A stretch of DNA of 64,000 bases from an uncultured delta proteobacterium (GCA_963792965.1 CAWBYW010000018.1:91262-155261); one strand, 5' to 3'. Positions 18,840 to 28,935 are shown, counted from the stretch's first letter. The notes: generated by a model not told the origin, from the letters alone. Made by a program: numbers and translations.

Positions 18840-20419
18840 ACCGGATCGATAAATCCCTCTTCCGCGTCTGCCAGGTGACCCTGGCAAACCTCCTGAAAAC
18901 TACGGCCGCAAGGTTCAGGGATCGGGAGGCGATCTCTTGTTCTGTAACGGGCCGACGCTTCTCGTTTCGAGAGGTAAACGAGCGGATGAATCGGCTCGCC
19001 AATGCCCTCCTCTCGTTGGGGGTCAAGAAAGGAGATCATTGCGCGTTTCTCTGCCGCAACCGGGCCGAGACGGGAGAGATCTACGGCGCCCTCATCAAAA
19101 TCGGGGCGATCGCCGTACCGCTGCACTGGAGCCTTGAGATTGAAGAGATCATCGACTACCTCACGTTTACCCAGGCCCGGCATTTCCTGTTTGAGGATTT
19201 CTATACCGAGGCCGCTATCGTGATCAAAAAGCGCCTCAGGCGCATCAAGACGTTCGTCTGCATCGGGAAACAGGAGACCGACTTTGCCCTCCCCTACGAG
19301 GAGCTGATCAGCGGATCGTCCCCCGTTCTTCCCTTCATCGACGTGAATGCCGACGACGTCCAGGGCATCGATACAACCTCCCGGACGACCGGTGTCCATA
19401 AGGTCTATCCCCTCACCCACGCAAACGGCCTGAGCGCCGTCATGTTCTTCACGTCGATCCACGAGTTGACGAAAGATGACGTCATCCTGACCCTCTTCCC
19501 CCTCTACGGGCGCGTGGGCCTTGCCTGGTATGGTGCGGGATTTTTGACCGGGGCCCGCAACGTCCTGTTTCAACCGGACATGACCGATCCATCCGGCATT
19601 TTGCGGATCATACAGGACGAGCGCATCACCATAACCAACTGGACCCCGATTGTCGCGTCTATCCTCCTCACGCTCCCGGATCTGGATCGATACGACCTCT
19701 CGTCCCTCAGAGCGATCTCTTTTTCGGCAAGCCGCTTTCCCGTCGACCTGCAAAAGGAGGTGAGGGATCGCATCTGCCCCGACATCTACGAATATTACGC
19801 CATGCAGGAGGCCGGCATCATTGCCCACATGGGGCCCGAGGACAAGCGGAAAAATCCCGCCTCCGTGGGAACCCTCTGCTTCGGGACCGACGTGCGCATC
19901 GTGGACGAGGCCGGGAAAGATGTGGCCACCGGCGAAATCGGCCAAATCATCTGCAGGGCCCTCTCCGCCGCACCAGGGTATTTCAGGAATGACGCGCAGA
20001 CGCGATCGGCTTTCAGGGACGGCTGGTTTTACACCGACGACTGGGGGCGGTTTGATGAAGACCAGTTCTTCTATTTCTTAGGCAGGAGGGAGGACATGAT
20101 CGTGACGGGGGATACGACGGTCTTCGCGGCGGGTATCGAAGAGGTCCTTACCGCCCACGAGGGGGTCCTGGACGCCGCGGTCATCGGGCTGCCGGATGAT
20201 ACGCTCGGTGAGGCCGTGACGGCGGTGATAGTGAGAAACCCGAAGGGAGACGTGACGAGAGAGGCGCTGACCGTCTGGTGTCGGGAGAGGCTTACCCCGC
20301 ACCAGGTGCCCCGGCGGATCATCTTTTCCGCGATGCTCCCCCGCAACGCCGTCGGCAAGGTAACCAAGTATGTGCTGGTCGAGAGGTTCTCCCGTGAGGG
20401 CGCTCACACCGACGGATAG
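18836..20419 (+). CDS. ANL-superfamily AMP-binding (acyl-CoA synthetase-like) protein with degenerate motifs
   Basis: Overall fold signature and C-terminal LPRNAVGK; P-loop reads TTSRTTGVHK, plus YAMQE and YTDDWG. Confidence 0.8.
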   Translation: MNRIDKSLFRVCQVTLANLLKTTAARFRDREAISCSVTGRRFSFREVNERMNRLANALLSLGVKKGDHCAFLCRNRAETGEIYGALIKIGAIAVPLHWSLEIEEIIDYLTFTQARHFLFEDFYTEAAIVIKKRLRRIKTFVCIGKQETDFALPYEELISGSSPVLPFIDVNADDVQGIDTTSRTTGVHKVYPLTHANGLSAVMFFTSIHELTKDDVILTLFPLYGRVGLAWYGAGFLTGARNVLFQPDMTDPSGILRIIQDERITITNWTPIVASILLTLPDLDRYDLSSLRAISFSASRFPVDLQKEVRDRICPDIYEYYAMQEAGIIAHMGPEDKRKNPASVGTLCFGTDVRIVDEAGKDVATGEIGQIICRALSAAPGYFRNDAQTRSAFRDGWFYTDDWGRFDEDQFFYFLGRREDMIVTGDTTVFAAGIEEVLTAHEGVLDAAVIGLPDDTLGEAVTAVIVRNPKGDVTREALTVWCRERLTPHQVPRRIIFSAMLPRNAVGKVTKYVLVERFSREGAHTDG

Positions 20420-20469
20420 GCTGCCTTGCCGCGCACATGACCGTCGAGATGCCACGATAAGGCGCGTTA

Positions 20470-21228
20470 TCACGCGCCGATCGGGATCACCATCAGGTCC
20501 CGGGCGACGGTGACCCTCCCCGAAAAGCGCTTCCCCACCACCCCGGCGACGTCCACCCCTTCCATCGGGGGATAGAGGTGGGTCAAAACGAGGTGCCCCA
20601 CGTGTGCCCGGGCCGCGATCTCGGCGGCCTCCGACGGCGTCAGGTGCCCCGGCACCTTCATCTCGTCAGGGAATGAGCACTCGATCAGCAGCAGATCGGC
20701 CCCTTCCGCAAGGCCGATCAACTCCTCCGACCAGTCCGTGTCGCCCGAATAGACGAGCGCCGCGTTGTCCCCCTCGAACCGGAAGGCGATGCTCTCCGGA
20801 TTGTGGTTAACGGGGGCCGTCGAGACGGAAAAGGACCCGCCGTCAAGCGTGTCCCGCCGCATCTCCTTTATGTCGATCCGGTAGTCGCCGGGCACGATCC
20901 ACGCCCCGAAGACCTCGATCAGGCCGCTGTAAAGCTCGCCGAATCCCTCCGGCGCAAGGATCATCAGGTCGTCCGTCCGGTGGCTCCCGACGGCGTACTT
21001 GGAGGCGAAGACGAGCGGGACGAAGTCGGCAACGTGGTCGGGATGAAAGTGGGAAAGGCAGACGAGGTCGATGTCGCCGATCTCTACACCGACCTCCACG
21101 GTCCTGCGCAGCGCCCCCGGCCCGAGGTCAATCAAGACCGTTTTTCCACCCAGCCTCAACAGATGCGCCGGGGACCAGCGCGCCGTGGATGGGACGATCG
21201 TCCCTGAGCCGAGTATAGTCAGTTCCAT
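20470..21228 (-). CDS. MBL-fold metallo-hydrolase (RNase Z/BN-like)
   Basis: LTILGSG, SHFHPDH, YSGDT, GHLTP, LTHLYP. Confidence 0.85.
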   Translation of the reverse strand: MELTILGSGTIVPSTARWSPAHLLRLGGKTVLIDLGPGALRRTVEVGVEIGDIDLVCLSHFHPDHVADFVPLVFASKYAVGSHRTDDLMILAPEGFGELYSGLIEVFGAWIVPGDYRIDIKEMRRDTLDGGSFSVSTAPVNHNPESIAFRFEGDNAALVYSGDTDWSEELIGLAEGADLLLIECSFPDEMKVPGHLTPSEAAEIAARAHVGHLVLTHLYPPMEGVDVAGVVGKRFSGRVTVARDLMVIPIGA

Positions 21229-21234
21229 ATCCTT

Positions 21235-21262
21235 ATTGTATGATTACTGAGTGACAAGTCAA
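21235..21262 (-). promoter_or_regulatory. Sigma70-type promoter of the MBL hydrolase gene (probably leaderless)
   Basis: TTGACT-N16-TACAAT ending 6 nt before the ATG. Confidence 0.5.
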
Positions 21263-21343
21263 CAAAAAAGGTGAAAAGCGCCGGCGCGGCCGATGATCAC
21301 ACGTCCCTTTTCGTGCCCAACTGTACAATCGGAAGAAATTTCG

Positions 21344-21370
21344 TTGACATATCTCAACCCTTGATATAAT
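21344..21370 (+). promoter_or_regulatory. Sigma70-type promoter of the ROK operon
   Basis: TTGACA-N15-TATAAT with extended -10 TGaTATAAT. Confidence 0.55.
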
Positions 21371-21463
21371 GTTATCTCAGACGATGAGGTAATATCGTCG
21401 CGATATGAGCGGTTTCAGCCGCCAGAGGCCGAACCGCGGCAAAGAGTCTGCAACACTCGGGGG

Positions 21464-22720
21464 TTGCCCGTGATACCGGTAAATGATCAGAAAGCCGTGA
21501 GGACCAACAATCAGCTGTCCATCCTCAACGCGTTGAAGGGTGCCGGCCCCATGTCGCGCAGGCGTCTCCAGGGCGCGACGGGCCTCAGTTGGGGGACGAT
21601 AACCTATCTGGTGAACGAGCTGATCGATCTTCAGATCGTCCGGGAAGTTGGAATGCTTGCCACGGGCGTCGGCAGGCCGCCGGTCGATCTGGATCTGAAC
21701 ACGGAGGCCAACTTCGTCATCGGAATCTGGATGGGAGACCGGCACGTGGATGCGTTGATGCTCGACATAAAGGGCCGCGCGGTGCGCGAGCTCTCTCTCC
21801 CCCTGGATCCATCGGCCCATTCAGAAGCCATCGTCCGGCGTCTCTTTGGAGTGGTCGATACCCTGATCGAGCAGGGCTCTGTTGGGTGCTCGTCGATCGC
21901 CGGGATCGGGTGCGCCGTGCCGGGCTCATATAACCCGGCGACGGGCGTCTGTGCGTATGCACCTAACCACCCGCACTGGCGCGATGTACCGCTCTTGAGC
22001 CTCTTCACGGAGCGATATCACAGGCCCGTCTTCATTGACCACGACATGAATTGCTGCGTGCTGGGCGAGCATTTCTTCGGCGACACCGGGCGCTTTTCCA
22101 ACTTCGTCTGTGTGAATATCGAGGGGGGCATTGGGGCGGGCATCATGATAAACGGCGAGGTCTACCGGGGCGCTGACAACTCCGCCGGCGAATTGGGTCA
22201 CATCCTTGTGGCAGACAACGGCCCGCGCTGCAGTTGCGGGAGATACGGGTGCCTGGAGTCCGTCGCATCTGACCGGGCACTTCTGGCGGGGGCCCGCCTG
22301 ACGGCGGCCGGCCGCAAGCGGGACGCTTTCTCCGCAAACCATGCCGGCGACCGCGACATGGGCCTCGAAACAGTCATCGAGGCGGCTCGGCTCGGTGATA
22401 AGGAAGTCCTTTCCCTGTTTGAGGAGATGGGGCACTACCTCGGTATCGGTATCGGTATCCTGATAACGCTCTTTAACCCCGAAAAGGTTATCCTGAGCGG
22501 CGGTATCTTCAGGGCACGGGATTTTCTGCAGACATCAATGAACGCGTCGCTGGGTAAGACGGCGTGGCCCTATGCCCGCGCGGATGTGGGCTTCACCGTT
22601 CTTAAGAACGGCATCGTGCTGGGCGCCGCGGGAATGGTGCTGCAGGAGATTTTCAAGAACGCCCTCCTCCTGCCAGGACAGGCCGTCCGGGGCATCGCCG
22701 CCCGTGGAGACGAGAGGTGA
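21464..22720 (+). CDS. ROK-family transcriptional repressor
   Basis: N-terminal wHTH, GVGRPP, GIGAGI, AGELGH, CSCGRYGCLE. Confidence 0.9.
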   Translation: MPVIPVNDQKAVRTNNQLSILNALKGAGPMSRRRLQGATGLSWGTITYLVNELIDLQIVREVGMLATGVGRPPVDLDLNTEANFVIGIWMGDRHVDALMLDIKGRAVRELSLPLDPSAHSEAIVRRLFGVVDTLIEQGSVGCSSIAGIGCAVPGSYNPATGVCAYAPNHPHWRDVPLLSLFTERYHRPVFIDHDMNCCVLGEHFFGDTGRFSNFVCVNIEGGIGAGIMINGEVYRGADNSAGELGHILVADNGPRCSCGRYGCLESVASDRALLAGARLTAAGRKRDAFSANHAGDRDMGLETVIEAARLGDKEVLSLFEEMGHYLGIGIGILITLFNPEKVILSGGIFRARDFLQTSMNASLGKTAWPYARADVGFTVLKNGIVLGAAGMVLQEIFKNALLLPGQAVRGIAARGDER

Positions 22721-23829
22721 AACACAGGTCCACGCATGTCGCGGCGACCGATATACGCACGCGGACGATACGACACCTGCGGGACGATCAGAAGAGGTAT
22801 CATCTTCTCTTGGGCTTTGACGGGTTCGTCGACGATGTCTGCCACGTGATGGAGGCCCGTGACGACCAAAACGTACTCAGGAGAATTACCACCATCACCG
22901 AACTGGGCCGGAAAGTCGCCGGCGCCGCGGGCCTGAGCTGCGCGCTGGAACTCGTGTCCCGGGGAATCCGCCCGGGGGGCAACGCCGTGAACATGGGAAA
23001 GGCAACGGTCGAGTTCGGAAACGACCTGTCGCTGATCGCGACCCTCGGGCAAGATGCAATTCATCCGGTCTTTCGTGAGCTCACCGACGCCTGCAGAAAC
23101 GTTATCTCGCTGGGGGAGCCGGGATATACCGAGGCCCTCGAATTTCTCGACGGTAAGGTCATGCTCAACAGGATGGGAGGACTTCAGGCGCTCACCTGGG
23201 ACGTCGTCTCCGCACATATTCACCCCCAGGAGCTGCAGCGTCTCGTCTCAACGGCATCGCTTGTCGGGCTCCTGGATTGGTCGATCTTCCCTGCCATGGA
23301 TGAGATCGTAGGTCGATTCCTCGGTATGATCCGTGAGATGAAAGAGAGACCCGTTCTTTTTTTCGACCTCTCCGATCTGAGGCGCAGAGCGACGCAAGAC
23401 ATCGTCGGCATCATGGATATCGTCGGTGAGTGTGGCAGGTCCGCCCCCGCCATTCTGAGCCTCAACGAGTCCGAATCGATGATCGCGGCCGACGCGCTTT
23501 CGATAGGCGCGCGCGACGACACCCGGCGCGCCGGGGCGCTGCGCGACCGTCTCGGGATAGACGCCGTAGTCGTTCATCCCCGGCAAGGCGCCGCCGTGGC
23601 AACAAAAGAGGGCCTCGTCTGGATAGACGGCCCCTACAGCGCGCACCCGGCGGTCTCGACGGGAGGCGGCGATAACTTCAACGCGGGGTTCTGCAACGGC
23701 TGGCTGTTGGAGATGGGGCCCGAGGAGTGCGCCGCACTGGGCGCCTTCACCTCGGGGTACTACGTCAGGCACGGGAAGGCCCCCGGCAAAAAGGAATTAA
23801 TCGAATTTATGGAAACATACGATAATTAG
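22717..23829 (+). CDS. PfkB-family carbohydrate kinase
   Basis: PGGN, SLNESE, STGGGDNFNAGF. Confidence 0.82.
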   Translation: MKHRSTHVAATDIRTRTIRHLRDDQKRYHLLLGFDGFVDDVCHVMEARDDQNVLRRITTITELGRKVAGAAGLSCALELVSRGIRPGGNAVNMGKATVEFGNDLSLIATLGQDAIHPVFRELTDACRNVISLGEPGYTEALEFLDGKVMLNRMGGLQALTWDVVSAHIHPQELQRLVSTASLVGLLDWSIFPAMDEIVGRFLGMIREMKERPVLFFDLSDLRRRATQDIVGIMDIVGECGRSAPAILSLNESESMIAADALSIGARDDTRRAGALRDRLGIDAVVVHPRQGAAVATKEGLVWIDGPYSAHPAVSTGGGDNFNAGFCNGWLLEMGPEECAALGAFTSGYYVRHGKAPGKKELIEFMETYDN

Positions 23830-23869
23830 ACAGTCACACCCCGTCCGGGAGAAGAATCGGAGGAACGCT

Positions 23870-24727
23870 ATGCTCACGCTCTCTCATGTGCTCCACAAGA
23901 TCAACGAACAGCCGGCGACGGCGCTGCCCGCCTTCACGGTCACCGACCTGACGGACATGCACGCCGTGCTTGCCGCCTCTCAGAATAAAAACACGCCGCT
24001 CCTCATGTTGACCGGCGACTACGAGATCAATAACTTCGGCATGGACTTCCTTCGCAAGATGACGGCGGCCGCTCGTATCAGCTATTCCATCCCGGTTTTT
24101 CTCGCGCTTGACCACGGCCTGGACTTTGACATTGCCGTGCGCTGTGTCGCCGCAGGCTATTCCCTCGTCATGTTCGACGGTTCAAGGCTCCCCCTTGCGG
24201 AGAACGTCAGGCAGACCAGGGAAATCGTCCGTGTCGCCCATGCCGCGGGCGTTCTCGTGGAGGGGGAGATCGGCCGCATCCTGGGGCAGGAAGGAAGCAC
24301 CGTCTCGGCCCGCCGGCAGCAATACGCCGACCCTGAAGAGGCCGACTTTTTCTACCGGGAGACGGGGGTCGATCTGTTGGCGGTTTCGTTCGGCACGGCC
24401 CACGGGCTGGGGGGCGGCGAAATCAGGCTGGATTACGATATCGTCCGAGAGGTCCGCACAAGGACCGGGGCGCCCGTCGTCATGCACGGGGGAAGCGGCG
24501 TGCCCGCCGATCAGGTAAGAGAAGCGGTACGCTCCGGCATCAAGAAGGTCAATTTCAGCAGCGATCTTCGGGCCGCCTATACCGCCACAGTGCGCGAATA
24601 TTGCGTGAAAAACCCATCGGAAATAGACCATATGAAGATATTCGTGGACGCGCGGAGGTCGGTTCAAAGGGTGGCGGAAGAAAAGATTTCGCTGGTCAAC
24701 GCGCCGACTCTGGACACGCTCATATAG
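23870..24727 (+). CDS. Class II ketose-bisphosphate aldolase
   Basis: LDHG, VMFDGS, VEGEIG, FGTAHG, VMHGGSG, KVN. Confidence 0.88.
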   Translation: MLTLSHVLHKINEQPATALPAFTVTDLTDMHAVLAASQNKNTPLLMLTGDYEINNFGMDFLRKMTAAARISYSIPVFLALDHGLDFDIAVRCVAAGYSLVMFDGSRLPLAENVRQTREIVRVAHAAGVLVEGEIGRILGQEGSTVSARRQQYADPEEADFFYRETGVDLLAVSFGTAHGLGGGEIRLDYDIVREVRTRTGAPVVMHGGSGVPADQVREAVRSGIKKVNFSSDLRAAYTATVREYCVKNPSEIDHMKIFVDARRSVQRVAEEKISLVNAPTLDTLI

Positions 24728-24823
24728 GAGCGACGCCGCCACGCTTTGCGCGCAACGATCGGTGATGGTGCCTCGTGTGCATGAGGGCCGTCGTTCATTA
24801 ACAATCTCTTTGGGACAACGCTC

Positions 24824-26302
24824 ATGGAAAACTATCCACAGGTAAAGCTCGGTCTGGTGGCGGTGAGCCGTGACTGCTTTCCCCTCGAGCTCTCGCGGGG
24901 CAGGCGGGATGCCATCGCCCGACACTGCACCGACAAACAGCTGCCGATTACCGTTGTCGACACCGTCATCGAGAAAGAAGATGACATAGCTCCGGCGCTG
25001 GACGAGATACGGAATGCGGGAGTGAACGCGCTGTGCGTCTATCTCGGTAATTTCGGCCCCGAGGGCCCCGAAACGCTGCTGGCGGCCAAATTCGACGGCC
25101 CGGTCATGTTTGCCGGCGCCGCGGAAGAGTCGGCCGCCGGCCTCACGGCGAATCGGGGCGACGCCTACTGCGGCATGCTCAACGCCTCCTACAACCTCGG
25201 CCTGAGGAACCTGAGCGTCCACATACCCGAGCGGCCCGTCGGCACACCGCAGGAGATCAGCGTGTTACTTGACGAATTCACCGCGGTGGCCCGCATCATC
25301 CTCGGCATGAAGCGTCTCAAGATCTTCTCCTTCGGGCCGCGCCCGCAGGATTTCTTGGCCTGTAACGCCCCCATAAAGCCGCTCTATGACCTCGGCGTCG
25401 AGATAATGGAAAACAGCGAGCTTGATCTCTACGAGATCTTCCTTGCGGCCAAGGACGATCCGATGGTCAAGGATATCACTCGCGCGATGTCATCGGAGGC
25501 CGGGGTGAAGCATAACTTCCCCGACGTCCTGCCCGCGATGGCCCAGTATGAGGTGGCGCTCGTTCGTTTCTTCGAGAATAATCTCGGCGCAAGCAAGTTT
25601 GCCGTCTTTGCCAACAAATGCTGGCCCGCCTTCGAGCGTTTCTTTGGGTTTGCCCCCTGTTACGTGAACTCGCGGCTGGCCATGCGGGGCATTCCCGTCA
25701 GCTGCGAGGTCGATATATACGGGGCGCTCAGCGAGTATATCGCACTGTGCGCCACCGGGCTCCCCGCGACCCTGTTGGACATCAACAATACCGTCCCCGA
25801 GGATATGTACCGGGAGGCCGGCGGCGCGGTCGGAGACTACCGGCCCTCCGACCTCTTTATGGGTTTTCACTGCGGCAACACGCCGTCCTGTCTCCTGGCC
25901 GGTCCCCAGCTCACCTATCACCGCATTATGAACCGGCTCATGGAGGAAGGAAAGGAGCCCCAGATCACGCGCGGGACGATGGAGGGCACGATAAAAAGCG
26001 GGCCGGTCACCTTGCTTCGCCTGCACGCGAGCGCGGATGCCCGGTTACTCGCGTACGTCGCCGAGGGAGAGGTAATCGACCTGGACCCGAGATCGTTCGG
26101 CAGCATCGGCGTCATCGGGGTAAGAGAGATGGCGCGCTTCTACCGGCACGTCCTCATCGAAAAACGATTCCCTCACCATACCGCCGTCGCGTTCGCGCAC
26201 GCGGGACGCCGCCTCTTTTACGCCTTGCGGATGCTCGGCATCACCGACCTCTTCCACAACCGGCCCGATGGAGACCGGTATCCCACCGAAAACCCGTTTT
26301 AA
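24824..26302 (+). CDS. L-fucose/L-arabinose isomerase family protein
   Basis: VSRDCFP, GNFGPE, RGDAYCG, CEVDIYG, FHCGN, FPHH. Confidence 0.82.
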   Translation: MENYPQVKLGLVAVSRDCFPLELSRGRRDAIARHCTDKQLPITVVDTVIEKEDDIAPALDEIRNAGVNALCVYLGNFGPEGPETLLAAKFDGPVMFAGAAEESAAGLTANRGDAYCGMLNASYNLGLRNLSVHIPERPVGTPQEISVLLDEFTAVARIILGMKRLKIFSFGPRPQDFLACNAPIKPLYDLGVEIMENSELDLYEIFLAAKDDPMVKDITRAMSSEAGVKHNFPDVLPAMAQYEVALVRFFENNLGASKFAVFANKCWPAFERFFGFAPCYVNSRLAMRGIPVSCEVDIYGALSEYIALCATGLPATLLDINNTVPEDMYREAGGAVGDYRPSDLFMGFHCGNTPSCLLAGPQLTYHRIMNRLMEEGKEPQITRGTMEGTIKSGPVTLLRLHASADARLLAYVAEGEVIDLDPRSFGSIGVIGVREMARFYRHVLIEKRFPHHTAVAFAHAGRRLFYALRMLGITDLFHNRPDGDRYPTENPF

Positions 26303-26329
26303 CAGGGACTATCATTAACGGAGGGCACA

Positions 26330-28204
26330 ATGAAGATCGACGGAGAATGGTTCAAGGACGAACAGGGGCGCACGCTCCAGCTGAGAGGCGTCAACCTCGG
26401 GGGGAGCAGCAAGGTTCCCTACCGACCGGACGGCGCGACCTGGAGAAGCGAGGGGTTCTACGACTATCGAAACGTGAGCTTCATCGGCCGCCCCTTCCCG
26501 CTCAATGATGCCGACGAGCATTTTCGGCGTCTGAAGGAGTGGGGGCTCACCTTCGAGCGCTTCTTGGTGACCTGGGAGGCCATCGAGCATGAGGGGCCCG
26601 GTTTATATGATGAGGCGTACCTCGACTACGTGCGCGCGGTGCTCGAAAAGGCCGCCCGGTGGGGGATATCGGTCTTCGTCGATCCCCACCAGGACGTCTG
26701 GTCCCGGTGGACCGGCGGAGACGGCGCCCCGGCGTGGACCATGGAGGCCGTCGGGATGGATATCACCAAGATGGACGAGGTGGGAGCGGCCATCATCCAT
26801 AACGTCCACGGACAGCCCTACCCTCACATGATCTGGGACACCAATAACTATAAGCTCGGCACCTGCACCATGTTCACGCTCTTCTTCGGCGGTAAGGATT
26901 TCGCGCCCCGGTGTATCATCGAGGGGCAGAACGTACAGGAATATCTGCAGCGCCGCTACATCGACGCCATAAAGAAGCTGGCCGCACGGCTGAAAGGGCT
27001 CCCCAACGTGGTGGGATACGGGAGTCTCAACGAGCCGCAGTGCGGCTATATCGAGTTTCGCGATATCGTGACCGCCGGCGAGTTCAGGTTCGTCGGGGAG
27101 GCGGCGCCGGGCCCGCTCGATTCCATGGCTGCGGCCGCAGGCTACCCCCGGACCGTGGACCGCTTCAAGATGAAGATAACCGGATCCAGAAAAATCGGCC
27201 GCATCACCATCAACCCGCACGGCGTGCGCCTCTGGAAGCCCGGCCGCGAGTGCGTCTGGAAGGAGCACGGCGTGTGGGACGACAAGGACGGAACTCCCCG
27301 GATCCTCAAGGAGGACTATTTCTCGCACGTACGCGGCAGGCAGGTCAGTTTTGTCAACGACTACCTGAAGCCTTTCGTCAACCTATTTGCCCGCGAAGTC
27401 CGGACGATACATCGTGGCGCCTTTGTATTCATCGAGGCCATCCCGGGCAAGGAATTCCCGAATTTCAGCCCCCGTGAGTCAAAGAACCTCGTCAACGCCA
27501 GCCACTGGTACGACGTTCTCATGGTATACCGGAACAAGTTCAGCCCCTGGTTTTCCGCCGATATCTTCAAGGAGAAGCTGGTTATCGGGAAAAAGCGGGT
27601 TTTGAGGTCGTTTGCCAACCAGATAGGCCACATCAAGAACTATAGCCGCGACCGGATGGGCGGCGGCCCCACCCTCATCGGAGAGTTCGGCCTCATGTAT
27701 AAGCTCTATAACGGCAGGGCCTATCGGACGGGTGACTACACCAAGCACGTACAGGCGCTCGACTCATACTATCAGGCGCTGGACGCCAACCTCGTGGGCG
27801 GCACCATATGGAACTACAGCGCCGATAACACCAACCGCTACGGCGACAACTGGAACGAGGAGGACAATTCGATCTTCTCCCGCGACCAACAGACCGATCC
27901 GTCCGATATCAGCTCGGGCGGGCGCGCCGTCGAAGGCTTCTGCAGGCCCTACGCCGTCAGGACCGCGGGGGTTCCGCTTTCCATGTCGTTCGATCTGAAA
28001 AGGAGAATTTTCACCTATTCGTTCAGGCCCGATCCCGCACTGTCGGCACCGACTGAGCTGTATATTCCGCGCTGCCACTACCCCGAGGGATACCGGGTCC
28101 AGCTCACGGACGGGAGCTACGAAAAGAAAGAGGATGATCAGATGCTCCTGATAACGTCCTCAAGAGGGCCTGAGACAAAGGTGGTCGTCTTCCCTGAAAA
28201 ATGA
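26330..28204 (+). CDS. GH5 glycoside hydrolase (endoglycoceramidase/steryl-glucosidase-like) with C-terminal GH5_C domain
   Basis: LRGVNLGG, TWEAIEH, DPHQDVWSR, NEP, IGEFG, WNY, WNEED. Confidence 0.85.
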   Translation: MKIDGEWFKDEQGRTLQLRGVNLGGSSKVPYRPDGATWRSEGFYDYRNVSFIGRPFPLNDADEHFRRLKEWGLTFERFLVTWEAIEHEGPGLYDEAYLDYVRAVLEKAARWGISVFVDPHQDVWSRWTGGDGAPAWTMEAVGMDITKMDEVGAAIIHNVHGQPYPHMIWDTNNYKLGTCTMFTLFFGGKDFAPRCIIEGQNVQEYLQRRYIDAIKKLAARLKGLPNVVGYGSLNEPQCGYIEFRDIVTAGEFRFVGEAAPGPLDSMAAAAGYPRTVDRFKMKITGSRKIGRITINPHGVRLWKPGRECVWKEHGVWDDKDGTPRILKEDYFSHVRGRQVSFVNDYLKPFVNLFAREVRTIHRGAFVFIEAIPGKEFPNFSPRESKNLVNASHWYDVLMVYRNKFSPWFSADIFKEKLVIGKKRVLRSFANQIGHIKNYSRDRMGGGPTLIGEFGLMYKLYNGRAYRTGDYTKHVQALDSYYQALDANLVGGTIWNYSADNTNRYGDNWNEEDNSIFSRDQQTDPSDISSGGRAVEGFCRPYAVRTAGVPLSMSFDLKRRIFTYSFRPDPALSAPTELYIPRCHYPEGYRVQLTDGSYEKKEDDQMLLITSSRGPETKVVVFPEK

Positions 28205-28563
28205 CGGCAGGCCCTCCGGTCCGAAACTACGGCAACGATACGCTTCGGGCAACGTGGGTATTATAGCGCCTCCGCCGCTTTATGACTCGTCCGGTCCCTC
28301 CACCTTATGACGAGGAGATGATCCTCCGCCTTACGAGTATGCAAGGCACATATGGGGCCACACAAAGCCGGAGGCCGCGATATTTACGACACGCGAGAGC
28401 CCGCCCCGTCTCGTCGTCTTGGATACCCTTCGGTCTCCCGACATGTGCTTTTTATCTGCCGGCCCTTGTTTGCAAGCCTCACATAAAACTCGCACGCCCC
28501 TTGAATTCGGATTTGAAAGGAGATATAATCTTTCTGTTTTTTTCCAAGACGGAGGTACGCCAT

Positions 28564-28911
28564 ATGGGATGTCTCTTCTGCAAGTTGGTCAGCAAAGAAC
28601 GTCAGTCGACCGTCGTCTATGAGGATGATAAGGTCTTCTGTTTCGAGGATATCAATCCCCTGGCGCCGATCCACGTGGTGGTGGTCCCCAAGGAGCACGT
28701 CGGCGATCTCGGTGAACTGTTCCGGACCGGGAAGATGTCGGTCATGGCCGATCTGTACCGCGGGGCATTTGAGGTGGCTCGGAAAAAGGGAATCGACGAG
28801 AAAGGCTTCCGCACGGTGATCAACAACGGCCCCGAGGGCGGGCAGATCATCTGGCACCTGCACCTGCACGTCCTGGGCGGCAGGAGGCTCGGCGATGGGC
28901 TTGCCGGTTAG
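28564..28911 (+). CDS. HIT-family nucleotide-binding protein
   Basis: GGAGG RBS; CLFCK, DINPLAP, HLHLHVLGG. Confidence 0.9.
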   Translation: MGCLFCKLVSKERQSTVVYEDDKVFCFEDINPLAPIHVVVVPKEHVGDLGELFRTGKMSVMADLYRGAFEVARKKGIDEKGFRTVINNGPEGGQIIWHLHLHVLGGRRLGDGLAG

Positions 28912-28935
28912 CGACGGGGGGCAATTCAGGATACG

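Noticed and set aside
18653-19945. Long antisense or alternative-frame ORFs (also 6430-7422, 24182-25222, 44005-45135, 48961-50049, 56729-57970)
   Set aside because: Shadow ORFs expected from high-GC codon bias opposite well-supported genes; no recognisable motifs
28282-28563. 94-aa N-terminal extension of the HIT protein
   Set aside because: A good GGAGG RBS and the canonical CLFC start lie at 28564; the extension has no recognisable features
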